A stretch of 64,000 bases of DNA from Chloroflexia bacterium. Its GTDB lineage: Bacteria; Chloroflexota; Chloroflexia; QHBQ01; JAICKM01. This document shows, in pieces, positions 18,884 to 28,455 of the stretch. Below the pieces are notes generated by a model. It searched no databases and was not told where the DNA came from. It saw only the letters and a list, made by a program, of their open reading frames with translations. How positions within the stretch are numbered: the stretch's first letter is position 1; the number at the start of each line of letters is the position of its first letter. The position numbers and the translations under genes are program-made. The stretch is from contig DASSGZ010000499.1 of assembly GCA_035693165.1 (NCBI GenBank), positions 617 through 64,616 on the forward strand. The letters are read 5' to 3'.

Positions 18884-19582
18884 ATGGCCCCGTACCAGGC
18901 CGTCTTTTTTGACGCAGGCGACACCCTGCTCGACTTCTATACCACCGGGGAGCGCGTCACGCGCATCGTGCGGGAGGCGACGGGCCGCCACATCCCGGCG
19001 GAGGAAGCCGCGCCCTACTTCGAGGCGGCGTTCCATCACGCGCTGGGCGACGCGGCCAACGGGCTGCTCTGGGTCAACGACCACGCCAGGGAGTGGGACT
19101 ACTGGCGCACCTACTACGCCGGCTGGCTGGCCGCCGCGGGCGTCCCCTCCGACCCGGCGCTGGTGGAGCGGCTGGTCGAAGACACCATCCAGGTGGAGAT
19201 CTACGCGGCGTTCGACGACGCCGCCCCGACGCTGGAGGCGTTACGCGCGCACGGCATCGGCCTGGTGCTCATCTCGAACGCCTTCCCCTCGATGCAACGC
19301 ATCATGCAGCACCTGGACCTGGAGCGCCACTTCGACACCTGCCTCTACTCCTGCTTCGTGGGCCACGAGAAACCGCAGCGCGCCATTTTCGACCTGGCCC
19401 TCCAGGCGGCGAACCTGCCCCCCGCCGCCACCTGCTTCGTGGACGACCTGCCGCGCAACGTGGAAGCCGCCACCTCGCTCGGCATCCAGGGCTTCCTGCT
19501 CGACCGCTGGGCCCGCCACCGCCACAGCCCCCTGCCCCGCTTCGCCAACCTGACCGAGTTCCGCGCCGTGCTGGGCGTGTAA
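18884..19582 (+). CDS. HAD-superfamily hydrolase (subfamily IA-like)
   Basis: Motif I is FFDAGDTLL, motif II is LISNA and motif IV is FVDD. Confidence 0.8.
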   Translation: MAPYQAVFFDAGDTLLDFYTTGERVTRIVREATGRHIPAEEAAPYFEAAFHHALGDAANGLLWVNDHAREWDYWRTYYAGWLAAAGVPSDPALVERLVEDTIQVEIYAAFDDAAPTLEALRAHGIGLVLISNAFPSMQRIMQHLDLERHFDTCLYSCFVGHEKPQRAIFDLALQAANLPPAATCFVDDLPRNVEAATSLGIQGFLLDRWARHRHSPLPRFANLTEFRAVLGV

Positions 19583-19858
19583 TAGCCGCACGCATGTCTT
19601 ACGATTCCGTAAAGATTGGGCCGGCGTACTTGCTTGCAAGATTGCGGGCATTTGGCGGGCGCCGGTTCACGACGCGGTAAGACGGGTCGGCTACACTGAG
19701 AAAGATAGGACCTGGCCGCCGGTTCTAATTGCGTCAGCTAGCCGGCGGCCCCGGTCCGGCCCCTCGGTTCTCTTATCCCCACTAACGCCCCGAGTCCCTC
19801 GTCTCTGTAGCTGCTTGACCCAATAAGAATAAATCAGCTACAGCAGGCGTCGTTTTGA

Positions 19859-20584
19859 TCAGAGTTCAGTCATTGCCGCAGTTCGGACTGAATCAATAGG
19901 ATCACGTTTCAGTTGTTGAATTTCTGAGGCCAGACGTTGTTTGTCTGCTGTGCTAAGCTTCGCTATGGCATAGACGGCTTCTCCACGTAGCTCCGGGTTA
20001 AGTGCTATAGCTGCTTTATGCACTATGTCTAGATATTTCTGTATCGTAGTATAGCCAGCTTGCATAAAGAGTTCGTTAAGTTCACCGAAATCACCGGCGT
20101 CATCATAAGTGAGACTAGCCTCTAGTGCCGACAACACCGCAGACTCACCGCCTCCGATACGCACAATCGCTTGCTGGGCGGCTCCTGCCCCACCAGAGGG
20201 GCCACTGGCTAGCCCAATCAACGCAGGTATTGCCCCCACCGCATCGGAACCGAACCAACCCAGCATCGTGGCAGCGAAATACCTTCCCTCGTAATCGTCC
20301 AACTTTTGCACAAGCAACGGGATCGCCGTATCCTTGTTCAACAAGAGCGTGATAACAGCGTCCAGCAGATGATCCACAACATCCCGAGAGTAAGCCGGTA
20401 AGATCCGTGTATCAGAGCGACACTGTTGTAAGCGATCAATAAGGACAGCAATTGAAATTGGAGAATCGGCAAGGATTCCGTTGACAAGATCGATGATCTC
20501 ATGGAATGCAGCGCTCTCGGAACCGGGGCCGAACTCTAACGAGAATAAACTATCCAAGGCCCGGTCAGCACGCGAATCAGTCAT
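19859..20584 (-). CDS. HEAT/PBS-lyase-like repeat protein, function unknown
   Basis: Alpha-helical repeats carry the LG..G..A..AIP.L signature. The gene is visibly lower in GC than its flanks. The start is 1 nt after the upstream stop (TAAcATG). Confidence 0.6.
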   Translation of the reverse strand: MTDSRADRALDSLFSLEFGPGSESAAFHEIIDLVNGILADSPISIAVLIDRLQQCRSDTRILPAYSRDVVDHLLDAVITLLLNKDTAIPLLVQKLDDYEGRYFAATMLGWFGSDAVGAIPALIGLASGPSGGAGAAQQAIVRIGGGESAVLSALEASLTYDDAGDFGELNELFMQAGYTTIQKYLDIVHKAAIALNPELRGEAVYAIAKLSTADKQRLASEIQQLKRDPIDSVRTAAMTEL

Positions 20585-20585
20585 G

Positions 20586-20984
20586 TTAGAAGGACGACCA
20601 TAAGCTATCCGGCCCCGCGATGATCATATCATTAGCATCTCCGACCAGATTCCAGTGTTCGTATGTACCGCTGTCCGCGAAGGTTTCCAACGTGATGCCG
20701 CTCTCAAAGCGCAGATATAGGTCGTGGAAACTGCCGTTTACTGTCACTTCTTGCACGATCTGTCCGCATAGGAGCTGAGCCACTGCCTGCCGTGCGGTAG
20801 CCTCCGAATCGTTGCCCGCCAGGATCGCCCCGTCTCGGGCAACGCGCCACGCGGAGAAGACGGATAACCCGTACGGCCCAAGGTGGATCGATGGAATCCC
20901 TCCCTCACCCGCGAGGTACTCCACTTCAGAGCATACAGATCCAATGAGGGCGCTTCGCAAGCGCGCTACCGTAATATCATCCAT
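20586..20984 (-). CDS. Hypothetical 132-aa protein (possible small immunity-like fold)
   Basis: GAGG precedes ATG 20984. The C-terminal pattern YEHWNL.G.....I.AGP..LW resembles small beta-rich DUF families of actinobacterial immunity-like proteins, from memory only. Confidence 0.5.
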   Translation of the reverse strand: MDDITVARLRSALIGSVCSEVEYLAGEGGIPSIHLGPYGLSVFSAWRVARDGAILAGNDSEATARQAVAQLLCGQIVQEVTVNGSFHDLYLRFESGITLETFADSGTYEHWNLVGDANDMIIAGPDSLWSSF

Positions 20985-21027
20985 TATCCGGCCTCGATGA
21001 AATACACCCTACATCTGCGCCATTTGC

Positions 21028-21354
21028 CTAATCGTCCGCCGGCTCGATGCTGCAATCGAGGCCGAAGGACTGGATGCGGTCCTGGTAGTATTCGGCTTCC
21101 TCGCGGGGGCAGACGCGGACGAGGCCCTTGCCCTTGAAGTGGGCTTCGAGCATGATGCGCGTGGCGTCCTCGATCTTGAGGCCGGGCACGGCTTTCAGCA
21201 GCGCCTGGATGACGTAGAGCATGTCATGCACATCGTCGTTGTGCAGGAGGACGCGCCAGTTGGGGGCCAGGCGCGGGTCCACGCGGGCGGGGGTGGCGGG
21301 GCGGACTTCGGTTTCCGTTTGAGCGATGGCGCCCCGGTCAGAACCGGCGGGCAT
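21028..21354 (-). CDS. clpS: ATP-dependent Clp protease adaptor ClpS
   Basis: WRVLLHNDDVHDMLYVIQALLKAV...A..IMLEAH..G is the ClpS core. The start is ATG 21354 or GTG 21357, and either overlaps the upstream GH5 stop. Confidence 0.9.
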   Translation of the reverse strand: MPAGSDRGAIAQTETEVRPATPARVDPRLAPNWRVLLHNDDVHDMLYVIQALLKAVPGLKIEDATRIMLEAHFKGKGLVRVCPREEAEYYQDRIQSFGLDCSIEPADD

Positions 21355-23651
21355 CACGGCAGCCAGCCCTTGTCGCGCAGGACGGTCACACCCAGCAGGC
21401 CCAGCAGCACTTCGCTCGGCGTGCCCGCATATTCGGGATGGTACTCGAAGCGGGCGCGCTCGAAGTATTGCACCGTGTAGGTCCGCCCGTCGGTGGGGCT
21501 GACCTCGGCGATCTCCTCGGAGATGGGGTAGCCGAACTGGGCCAGACCGCCGTGCGCCTGCCAGTAGGTCAGGAAGCCCGAGTTGAGCGAGTGCTGGGTG
21601 GGCGGGAAATAGACGTGGCCGGGCCGGTTGGGGAAGGGCGGGATGGTCGGGAAGACGCGTCCCGCCGTGACGGTGGCGCCCAGCCGGCCCAGCAGCACCG
21701 AGTAGGGCGTGCCGGCGTATTCGGGATGGTACTCGAAGCGGTTGCGCTCGAAGTACTGCACGGTGTAGCCGCCCTCGGTGAATTCCTCGGTCAGCGGGTA
21801 GCCGAAGATGGGCAGACCGCCGTGCGCTCGCCAGTACTCCAGGAAGCCGCCGCCCAGGTTATGGCGTGTCTGCGTGAAGTAGATCGTGCCCGGCTGGTTC
21901 GACGGCGGCGCCGGATCCAGCGCCGAACTGGGCGCGGTGATGCGATAGGTGCGCAGCCCGGCGGCGGCGATCTGTACCTGGTCGCCGTTGCGGGTGAAGG
22001 GCACGGGCGTCCAGGTGCCGTCAGCCTGGCGCACCCGCACGCCCAGGGCCACATCGGGCCCGATGCGGCCCAGCGTCGCGGGCAGGTTCACGCTCACCGA
22101 CCCTGGCCCGCTGGTCCACACGTCGACCTGCCGGGCCACCTCACGCTGCCAGGTGAGGAAGACCAGCAGCGGCAGGCTGCCGTTGGACGTATACTGCACC
22201 ACGTCGGGCGCGGGCGAGGTGGTGCCGCCCAGGAAGCGGGCGTTGGGGGCGCTGTAGGCGAAGCGCACGCCCCCGGCCTGGTCGGCGTTCAGGTCGCTGA
22301 AGGTGCCCGGCGGCGGGTCGGCAGACATGTAGGGCATCAGCGCCGAGAGCGCGTAGGCCGCGATCTTGGGCTGCAAGTTATCGTCATACAGCCCATAGGC
22401 GTTCTGGGACGCGTTCTCGCCACCGGGGAAGTTGTTGAGCATCCACTTGCCGCCGCCCGCGTAGCCCTGGCTGTAGAGGTAGAGCCAGACCGCCGTTTCG
22501 AGGTTCGCCGTCACCAACTGGTCCACCGGCGAGGCGCCGCGCTGCAACCCTTCTTCGTTCGAGTAGCCGAACTCTTCGAGCATGAACGGCTGCCCGGCAA
22601 ACGTGGTGCGCAGGTTGGTCAGCACCTGCAACGTGCGCTGGAGGTTGGCCATGCCGGTGGCGACGAAGCGGTGCGGTGACTGGAAGTCGAGCAGGCGGTT
22701 GGCGCTGAGCTTTGCCAGCACGATGTTGCTGTAGGCCAGGGTCAGCATGTGGTTGGGGTCCACGGCCCGAATCGCGTCGCGCTGGGGAGCGATCCAGCGG
22801 CGCACCGTGTCGTCGAGCACGCCGAAGAACGGGCGCCAGTTCATGGCGTCGGGCGAGTCCATGTAGTCGAGTGTCGTCTTATCGGGGTGCGTCGCCACCC
22901 AACTGGCGCCCGCGTCGAGGAATTCGCGGTACAGGCGATAGCTGTTGACGTAGATGTAGGCCTGGGCATCGGTGAGGCGAGCAGGCACCAGCGCGCGCCC
23001 CTCCGGCGTCTGCCGGTAGGCCGGGATAGCGGCAGAGGAGATGCGCTCGCCGTAGAGGGTGATCAGGCGGTCGGTTTGCAGCGGCGGCGGCGCGCCGGGA
23101 TAGACCGACAGGGCGATCAGGTCAAACTGCGGCTCGTTTTTCAGGTCATAGGCCAGGATGGTCGCCTCATCGCGGAAGTGCGCGGCGATACGCGACTCGA
23201 TGTCGGCCACCTGCTGCAGGTCGGGTTCGACGTAGTCGGTGAAGGTGAGGATCAGGAACAGGCCGTGCCGCCGGGCCAGGTCCACCACCAGGTCGAGCTT
23301 GCGGAAGTTGTTGCGCTGCACGTCGGCGCGCAGCGGCGGCTGGATGAAGAGGCGCACCGTGTTCAGCCCGAGGGACGCGGCGCGGGTAAAGTCGGCGTCG
23401 ATCACCGCGGGGTCGAACTGGGCGTCTTCCCACATGCGCCAGGCGCGGTCGGGCGCGCCGACATAGTTGACGGCCCAGACGAAGAAGGGGCGGCCGTCGG
23501 GGCGCAGGAAGCGGGTGCTACCGGGCGCTACCTGGACAAACCCGGACGCGCCTTCGCTGGGCCGGGGGCGCAGCGAGGCCACCGGCGCCAGCACCAGCAG
23601 CAGCAGCAGCAGCGCGCGGACAAAGCTCCAATGTGTGCGAGGCAAGGACAT
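21354..23651 (-). CDS. Secreted glycoside hydrolase family 5-like protein with two C-terminal LGFP-like repeats
   Basis: Signal peptide MSLPRTHWSFVRALLLLLLVLAPVASL. Motifs are DLKNEPQ (acid/base) and LEEFGYS (nucleophile). The repeat F..YW.AHGGL..FGYP..EE....YTVQYFER.RFEYHPEYAGTP..VLLG.LG occurs twice. Confidence 0.8.
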   Translation of the reverse strand: MSLPRTHWSFVRALLLLLLVLAPVASLRPRPSEGASGFVQVAPGSTRFLRPDGRPFFVWAVNYVGAPDRAWRMWEDAQFDPAVIDADFTRAASLGLNTVRLFIQPPLRADVQRNNFRKLDLVVDLARRHGLFLILTFTDYVEPDLQQVADIESRIAAHFRDEATILAYDLKNEPQFDLIALSVYPGAPPPLQTDRLITLYGERISSAAIPAYRQTPEGRALVPARLTDAQAYIYVNSYRLYREFLDAGASWVATHPDKTTLDYMDSPDAMNWRPFFGVLDDTVRRWIAPQRDAIRAVDPNHMLTLAYSNIVLAKLSANRLLDFQSPHRFVATGMANLQRTLQVLTNLRTTFAGQPFMLEEFGYSNEEGLQRGASPVDQLVTANLETAVWLYLYSQGYAGGGKWMLNNFPGGENASQNAYGLYDDNLQPKIAAYALSALMPYMSADPPPGTFSDLNADQAGGVRFAYSAPNARFLGGTTSPAPDVVQYTSNGSLPLLVFLTWQREVARQVDVWTSGPGSVSVNLPATLGRIGPDVALGVRVRQADGTWTPVPFTRNGDQVQIAAAGLRTYRITAPSSALDPAPPSNQPGTIYFTQTRHNLGGGFLEYWRAHGGLPIFGYPLTEEFTEGGYTVQYFERNRFEYHPEYAGTPYSVLLGRLGATVTAGRVFPTIPPFPNRPGHVYFPPTQHSLNSGFLTYWQAHGGLAQFGYPISEEIAEVSPTDGRTYTVQYFERARFEYHPEYAGTPSEVLLGLLGVTVLRDKGWLP

Positions 23652-23685
23652 GGCGAGGACCCAGGGGCGCGACTGCCGCCGCCCC

Positions 23686-24717
23686 TTAATCTGTCGGTGT
23701 TTTACTGATGCGATATGAGCAGCTTTGCCCGCCTTTGCCCCGGCAAGTCACTTCTTCGATCAGGAAGTTCTTGCCGGTGGCCCAGCGCAACGTGGAGGTG
23801 AGCACGCCCACCATCGCATTGCACCCGATGTCGGTGTGGCGGTTATAGCAGTAGGGGCACATGCCCACGCTATAGATGTAATGGTCGCCCGCATCGCGCA
23901 GGTCGGTGGGGATGCCCAGGTCGCGCGAGTTGGCGACGATGCGATCCATGCTGAACTTCATCTTCATCGCCATCGGCATAAACTTCATGGCCGTGGCGGC
24001 GACCCCCAGCATGCGCGGCTGCTCGTTGATCCCGTAGTTGAATAGCTCCTGGCCGACCCGCAACTGCATCGACTTGGCGGCGCGGCCATAGAAGTCTTCC
24101 ATGGCCTTGCCGAAGGCGCTGTACTGGCTATACGGGATATTAAACTCGATGACATTGGGCGGATAGTTGCCGACATACTGCTCCAGGCCGGCACTCCGCA
24201 ACATGGCGTTGACGCCCTTCTCGCCGGTCACGCGCTCCACGGCCATGATCAGCAGGCGCATCCCCGCACTAGGATATTGTGGCTCTTCGCCTTCGTTGAA
24301 CGTCGGCGTGGCGATGGGCGCCTCTTCATGCTCGCCCTCTTCCTCGGCGGTGAACGCCTCGGCGGGATGCGCCGGCCCACCGGCACGCGCCGGTGCGGCC
24401 GCGGCGGCCCCGGCGGTGGCCGGCACGGGCGCCGGCGCCGCCGCGGCGCGCGCCGCGGCCATTTGCGCCTCGCGCCCGCGCACCCAGTTCATACCTTCCA
24501 GGGCCTGCTGGTTGTGCGGGTTGATCGCCAGCACCCGCTCCAGGCAGGACTTCATCATCGGCAGATTGTTGGCGACCCCACTCAGCCAGAGCCAGGCTTC
24601 CTCGTGCTGCGGCTCCAACTGTACCACACGCCCCAGGTACTCCCGCGCAAGATCCTTTTGCCCGGAAGTAGCCGCTGTCTTGCCCTTGGCTAGCAATTCT
24701 TCGGCTGTCGAAGGCAT
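23686..24717 (-). CDS. TPR-repeat / V4R (4-vinyl reductase-type) domain protein
   Basis: SD AAGGAG precedes ATG 24717. N-terminal TPR helices are followed by an Ala/Pro linker. The C-terminal V4R-type ending (MCPYC...IEEVTCRGKGGQSCSYRI) is present. Confidence 0.7.
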   Translation of the reverse strand: MPSTAEELLAKGKTAATSGQKDLAREYLGRVVQLEPQHEEAWLWLSGVANNLPMMKSCLERVLAINPHNQQALEGMNWVRGREAQMAAARAAAAPAPVPATAGAAAAAPARAGGPAHPAEAFTAEEEGEHEEAPIATPTFNEGEEPQYPSAGMRLLIMAVERVTGEKGVNAMLRSAGLEQYVGNYPPNVIEFNIPYSQYSAFGKAMEDFYGRAAKSMQLRVGQELFNYGINEQPRMLGVAATAMKFMPMAMKMKFSMDRIVANSRDLGIPTDLRDAGDHYIYSVGMCPYCYNRHTDIGCNAMVGVLTSTLRWATGKNFLIEEVTCRGKGGQSCSYRISKTPTD

Positions 24718-24865
24718 TCCCCACTCCTTGCTGCCCGGTTCCCGCACGGGCACGCGCTCCGGCGAGGATCATGGAATTCCGCTGTACTGAGGCCGGTGGT
24801 GCGAAACCGCGGAGGCATCCGCCCCCACGATCCGGTCCGGGACGAAAGGCCGCTACTGCGACCGC

Positions 24866-24894
24866 AGTATACACCATCACTTCGGGGGAGTCAA
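24866..24894 (-). promoter_or_regulatory. Near-consensus sigma-70 promoter for the TPR-V4R gene
   Basis: On the minus strand: TTGACT (24894-24889), a 17-nt spacer, then TATACT (24871-24866). Confidence 0.6.
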
Positions 24895-25209
24895 CAGCGT
24901 TTGGTAAGGATTCTCACGCCTATATTGCAGCTTAAGGCGCGGCGGCTCAAGCTTAACATGACATATAAATCACCCGACCCCGAATACACGGCATAACGCA
25001 AAGCCCGGCGGTCCCGTTAGAACAGACGCCAGGAACCGACACGCTCTCATGCCGCGGGTGTTCCTGTGTTTACCTCTAATAGTAGCCGCATAGTTGCCCG
25101 CTATCGACTACCGTGATCCAAACCGGCCCATTCGCTCGTCACGCCAAGCAGAGTACAGCCGAATAGTTAGAGCCAAACAGCGCCAAGCGCTGCGCGCAAA
25201 GGATGTGAC

Positions 25210-26151
25210 ATGCTTGATCCCATCTCGCCGCTCGCGCGTGCCAGCTACGATTTGTTCAACGGAACCCTGTTCATCTCGTTCCTGATCCTCCTGGGCATCG
25301 GCGGATTCATTCTGTATATGATCTTCCGCTTCCGGGCCAGGCCGGGGGACGATACGGAGCCGCCGGCGATCTACAGTAACCAGCGCCTGGAGATCGCCTG
25401 GACCGCCGGCCCTGCCCTCATCCTGCTGGGTGTGCTCTTCTTCGCCATCCCCGCGCAGCTCTCGCAGGAAGTCGAGACCAGCAAGCCCGCCGATGGGCAG
25501 GAGCCGCCCGATATCCAGATCATCGGGCACCAGTGGTGGTGGGAGATCCGTTATCCCCAGGCCGGCGCCAGCGTCATCACCGCCAACGAACTCCACATGC
25601 CGGTCGGCAAGCGCTTATTGATCCAGGTCGATTCGGGCGACGTGATCCACGACGTGTGGATCCCGCGACTCGGCCCGAAGATGGACACCGTGCCCGGCCA
25701 GACCAACTGGATGTGGTTGCAGGCCGACCGGGCGGGCACCTATCCCGGCGTCTGCGCCGAGTATTGCGGGACGGAGCACGCCTGGATGCTGCTCAAGGCC
25801 ATCGCCCAGCCGCAGGCCGAGTTCGACGCCTGGCTGCAACAGCAACGCGCCCCGGCGGTGGCGCCCACAACCGCCGAGGCGCAGCATGGCGCGCAACTCT
25901 TCGCCCAGCGGACGTGCATCAACTGCCACGCGATCAGCGGCACCGCGGCCCAGGCGCGCGTCGGCCCCGACCTCACCCACTATGCCAGCCGCGGGGTGCT
26001 GGGCGCGGGCGTCCTGACCCGGACCCCGGAGAACACCATGCGCTGGCTGAAGGACCCGCAGGAAGTCAAGCCGGGCAATCGCATGCCCAACCTGCACCTG
26101 GCCCCGGATGAGTTGCGAGATCTCACGGCCTATATGGAGAGCTTGAAATGA
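25210..26151 (+). CDS. ctaC: Cytochrome c oxidase subunit II with fused C-terminal cytochrome c domain (caa3 type)
   Basis: Two N-terminal TM helices, CuA motif CAEYCGTEH and haem c motif CINCH. Confidence 0.93.
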   Translation: MLDPISPLARASYDLFNGTLFISFLILLGIGGFILYMIFRFRARPGDDTEPPAIYSNQRLEIAWTAGPALILLGVLFFAIPAQLSQEVETSKPADGQEPPDIQIIGHQWWWEIRYPQAGASVITANELHMPVGKRLLIQVDSGDVIHDVWIPRLGPKMDTVPGQTNWMWLQADRAGTYPGVCAEYCGTEHAWMLLKAIAQPQAEFDAWLQQQRAPAVAPTTAEAQHGAQLFAQRTCINCHAISGTAAQARVGPDLTHYASRGVLGAGVLTRTPENTMRWLKDPQEVKPGNRMPNLHLAPDELRDLTAYMESLK

Positions 26152-27809
26152 GCGCAATTCCGCTGGTTCCCGAACCCACCGAAGCCCTGCCGGCTGTTCG
26201 CTCCGACGAGGGGCTGATTAGCTGGATCGCATCGGTCGATCACAAGCAGATCGGCATCCTGTACCTGATCACGACGATCTTCTTCTTCGTCGTCGGGGGC
26301 ATCGAAGCCCTATTGATGCGGCTGCAACTGGCGGTGCCCGGCAATACGCTGCTGCAACCGGGGGCCTATAACCAGATCTTCACTATGCACGGCACGACGA
26401 TGGTCTTCCTGGTCGTCATGCCCATCCTGATCGGGTTCGCCAACTACTTCGTGCCGCTGATGATCGGGGCGCGCGACGTGGCTTTCCCGCGCCTGAACGC
26501 CTTCAGCTACTGGATGTTGCTGTTCAGCGGCCTGCTGCTCTACTACAGCTTCGTGGCGGGCGGCGCGCCCGACGCCGGGTGGTTTGCCTACGCACCCCTG
26601 AGCGAACGGCCCTACGCGACCACGCCCGGCCTGGACTACTACACCGTGGGCCTGCTGGCAAGCGGTATCGGCACCGTCGCCTCCGCGATCAACCTGATCG
26701 TCACCATCCTGCACCTGCGCGCGCCGGGCATGACGCTGCGCCGGCTGCCGCTCTTTGTCTGGATGGTGCTGTTCAACTCGATCCTGATTATTCTCGTGAT
26801 TCCGGCGCTCAACGCCGCGCTGGCGATGCTGCTCATCGACCGCCAGTTGGCCGCGCACTTCTTCGACCCGCTGCACGGCGGCCACCCGCTACTCTGGCAG
26901 CACATCTTCTGGTCCTTCGGCCACCCCGAAGTCTATATCATGGTCTTGCCGGCCTTCGGCATGATCTCGGAGATGATCCCCGTCTTCTCCCGCAAACCGA
27001 TCTTCGGCTACGGCTTCGTGGCCGGTTCGACCATCGCCATCGGGTTCTTGAGCCTGCTGGTCTATGCGCACCACATGTTCACGGTCGGCCTGGGCTTCAC
27101 GCTCGACCTGGCCTTCGGCCTCGCCAGCATGATGATCGCCATCCCTACCGGGGTCAAGATCTTCAACTGGACGACGACCATGTTCCGCGGCAGGCTCCAC
27201 TTCACCACCGCGATGAAGTTCGCGGTGGCCTTCCTGATCCTGTTCTCGATGGGCGGCGTCACCGGCGTGCAGTTCGCGACGGTGCCGGTCGACAAGCAAC
27301 TGACCGACAGCTACTACGTGGTGGCACACATGCACTATGTGCTGTTCGGCGGCACGGCCTTCGCGGTGTTCGGCGCCTTCTATTACTGGTTCCCCAAGAT
27401 GACCGGGCGGATGCTGTCGGAGCGCTGGGGCAACGTCCACTTCTGGCTGGCCTTCATCGGCTTCAACATGACCTTCCTGATCCAGCACGTGCTGGGCTGG
27501 GAAGGGATGCCGCGCCGGGTGTGGACCTATGCCGACAATCCCGGCTGGGGCCTGATGAACATGATCTCGACCATCGGCGCGTTCATCCTGGCCTTCTCGG
27601 TGCTGGTCTTCGTCATCAACTGTGTAATCAGCCTGCGGCGCGGCCAGATCGCGGGCGATAATCCCTGGAACGCCTGGACGCTGGAATGGGCGACCACCTC
27701 GCCGCCGCCCATCCACAACTTCGACCAGATCCCGCCTATCCGGGGCCGCCGGCCTCTCTGGGACCTGGCCCATCCCGAAGCCGCCGACTGGAAGAATGAG
27801 CACCATTAG
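26148..27809 (+). CDS. ctaD: Cytochrome c oxidase subunit I
   Basis: ATGA overlap with ctaC. The 553-aa 12-TM protein carries conserved haem-copper oxidase motifs (WFFGHPEVY-like FWSFGHPEVYI; HHMF). Confidence 0.96.
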   Translation: MSAIPLVPEPTEALPAVRSDEGLISWIASVDHKQIGILYLITTIFFFVVGGIEALLMRLQLAVPGNTLLQPGAYNQIFTMHGTTMVFLVVMPILIGFANYFVPLMIGARDVAFPRLNAFSYWMLLFSGLLLYYSFVAGGAPDAGWFAYAPLSERPYATTPGLDYYTVGLLASGIGTVASAINLIVTILHLRAPGMTLRRLPLFVWMVLFNSILIILVIPALNAALAMLLIDRQLAAHFFDPLHGGHPLLWQHIFWSFGHPEVYIMVLPAFGMISEMIPVFSRKPIFGYGFVAGSTIAIGFLSLLVYAHHMFTVGLGFTLDLAFGLASMMIAIPTGVKIFNWTTTMFRGRLHFTTAMKFAVAFLILFSMGGVTGVQFATVPVDKQLTDSYYVVAHMHYVLFGGTAFAVFGAFYYWFPKMTGRMLSERWGNVHFWLAFIGFNMTFLIQHVLGWEGMPRRVWTYADNPGWGLMNMISTIGAFILAFSVLVFVINCVISLRRGQIAGDNPWNAWTLEWATTSPPPIHNFDQIPPIRGRRPLWDLAHPEAADWKNEHH

Positions 27810-27822
27810 GGGGAGTCACGCC

Positions 27823-28455
27823 ATGACAGGCATTGAACACCTGAACGCCGGGCGCGCGGAAACGGAAGCGCCGCACCTCGACCGGTTTGAACGGCTGGAA
27901 CCGAACCAACTGGCGGTCGCCATCTTCATCCTGTCCGAAGTGGTCTTCTTCGCCATGCTGATCATCGCCTATATCTTCTACCGGGACTCGCCCGCCGTGG
28001 CCGGCGGCCCCACGGCGAAGACGGCCCTCGATATTCCGCTGACCACGCTGTTCAGCATCTGCCTGTTCGCCAGCAGCGGCACGATCTGGTTCGCCGACCG
28101 CAGCCTGGCGCGCGGCAACGAGAACGGCGTGCGGCTGTGGCTGGGCGCGACGATTGTCCTGGGCGCCGTCTTCATCGGCGGGCAGGGATACGAGTACTTC
28201 AAGTTGCTCAGCGAGGACATCACGCTGAACACGAACCTGTTCGGCACCACCTTCTATACGCTGACCGGCTTCCACGGCCTGCACGTGACCGCCGGGCTGG
28301 TCGCGCTGATCATTCTCTTCGTCCTGGCCTTGATGGGCCAGTTCCGCAACGTCACGCACAACTCGGCCATGGCCGCGATCTCGTTGTACTGGCACTTTGT
28401 CGACGTGGTGTGGGTGGTGGTCTTTTCCGTCGTCTACATCTGGGCGTTGTTCTGA
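27823..28455 (+). CDS. ctaE: Cytochrome c oxidase subunit III
   Basis: SD GGGGGAG precedes ATG 27823. TFYTLTGFHGLHV and YWHFVDVVWV motifs are present. Confidence 0.9.
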   Translation: MTGIEHLNAGRAETEAPHLDRFERLEPNQLAVAIFILSEVVFFAMLIIAYIFYRDSPAVAGGPTAKTALDIPLTTLFSICLFASSGTIWFADRSLARGNENGVRLWLGATIVLGAVFIGGQGYEYFKLLSEDITLNTNLFGTTFYTLTGFHGLHVTAGLVALIILFVLALMGQFRNVTHNSAMAAISLYWHFVDVVWVVVFSVVYIWALF

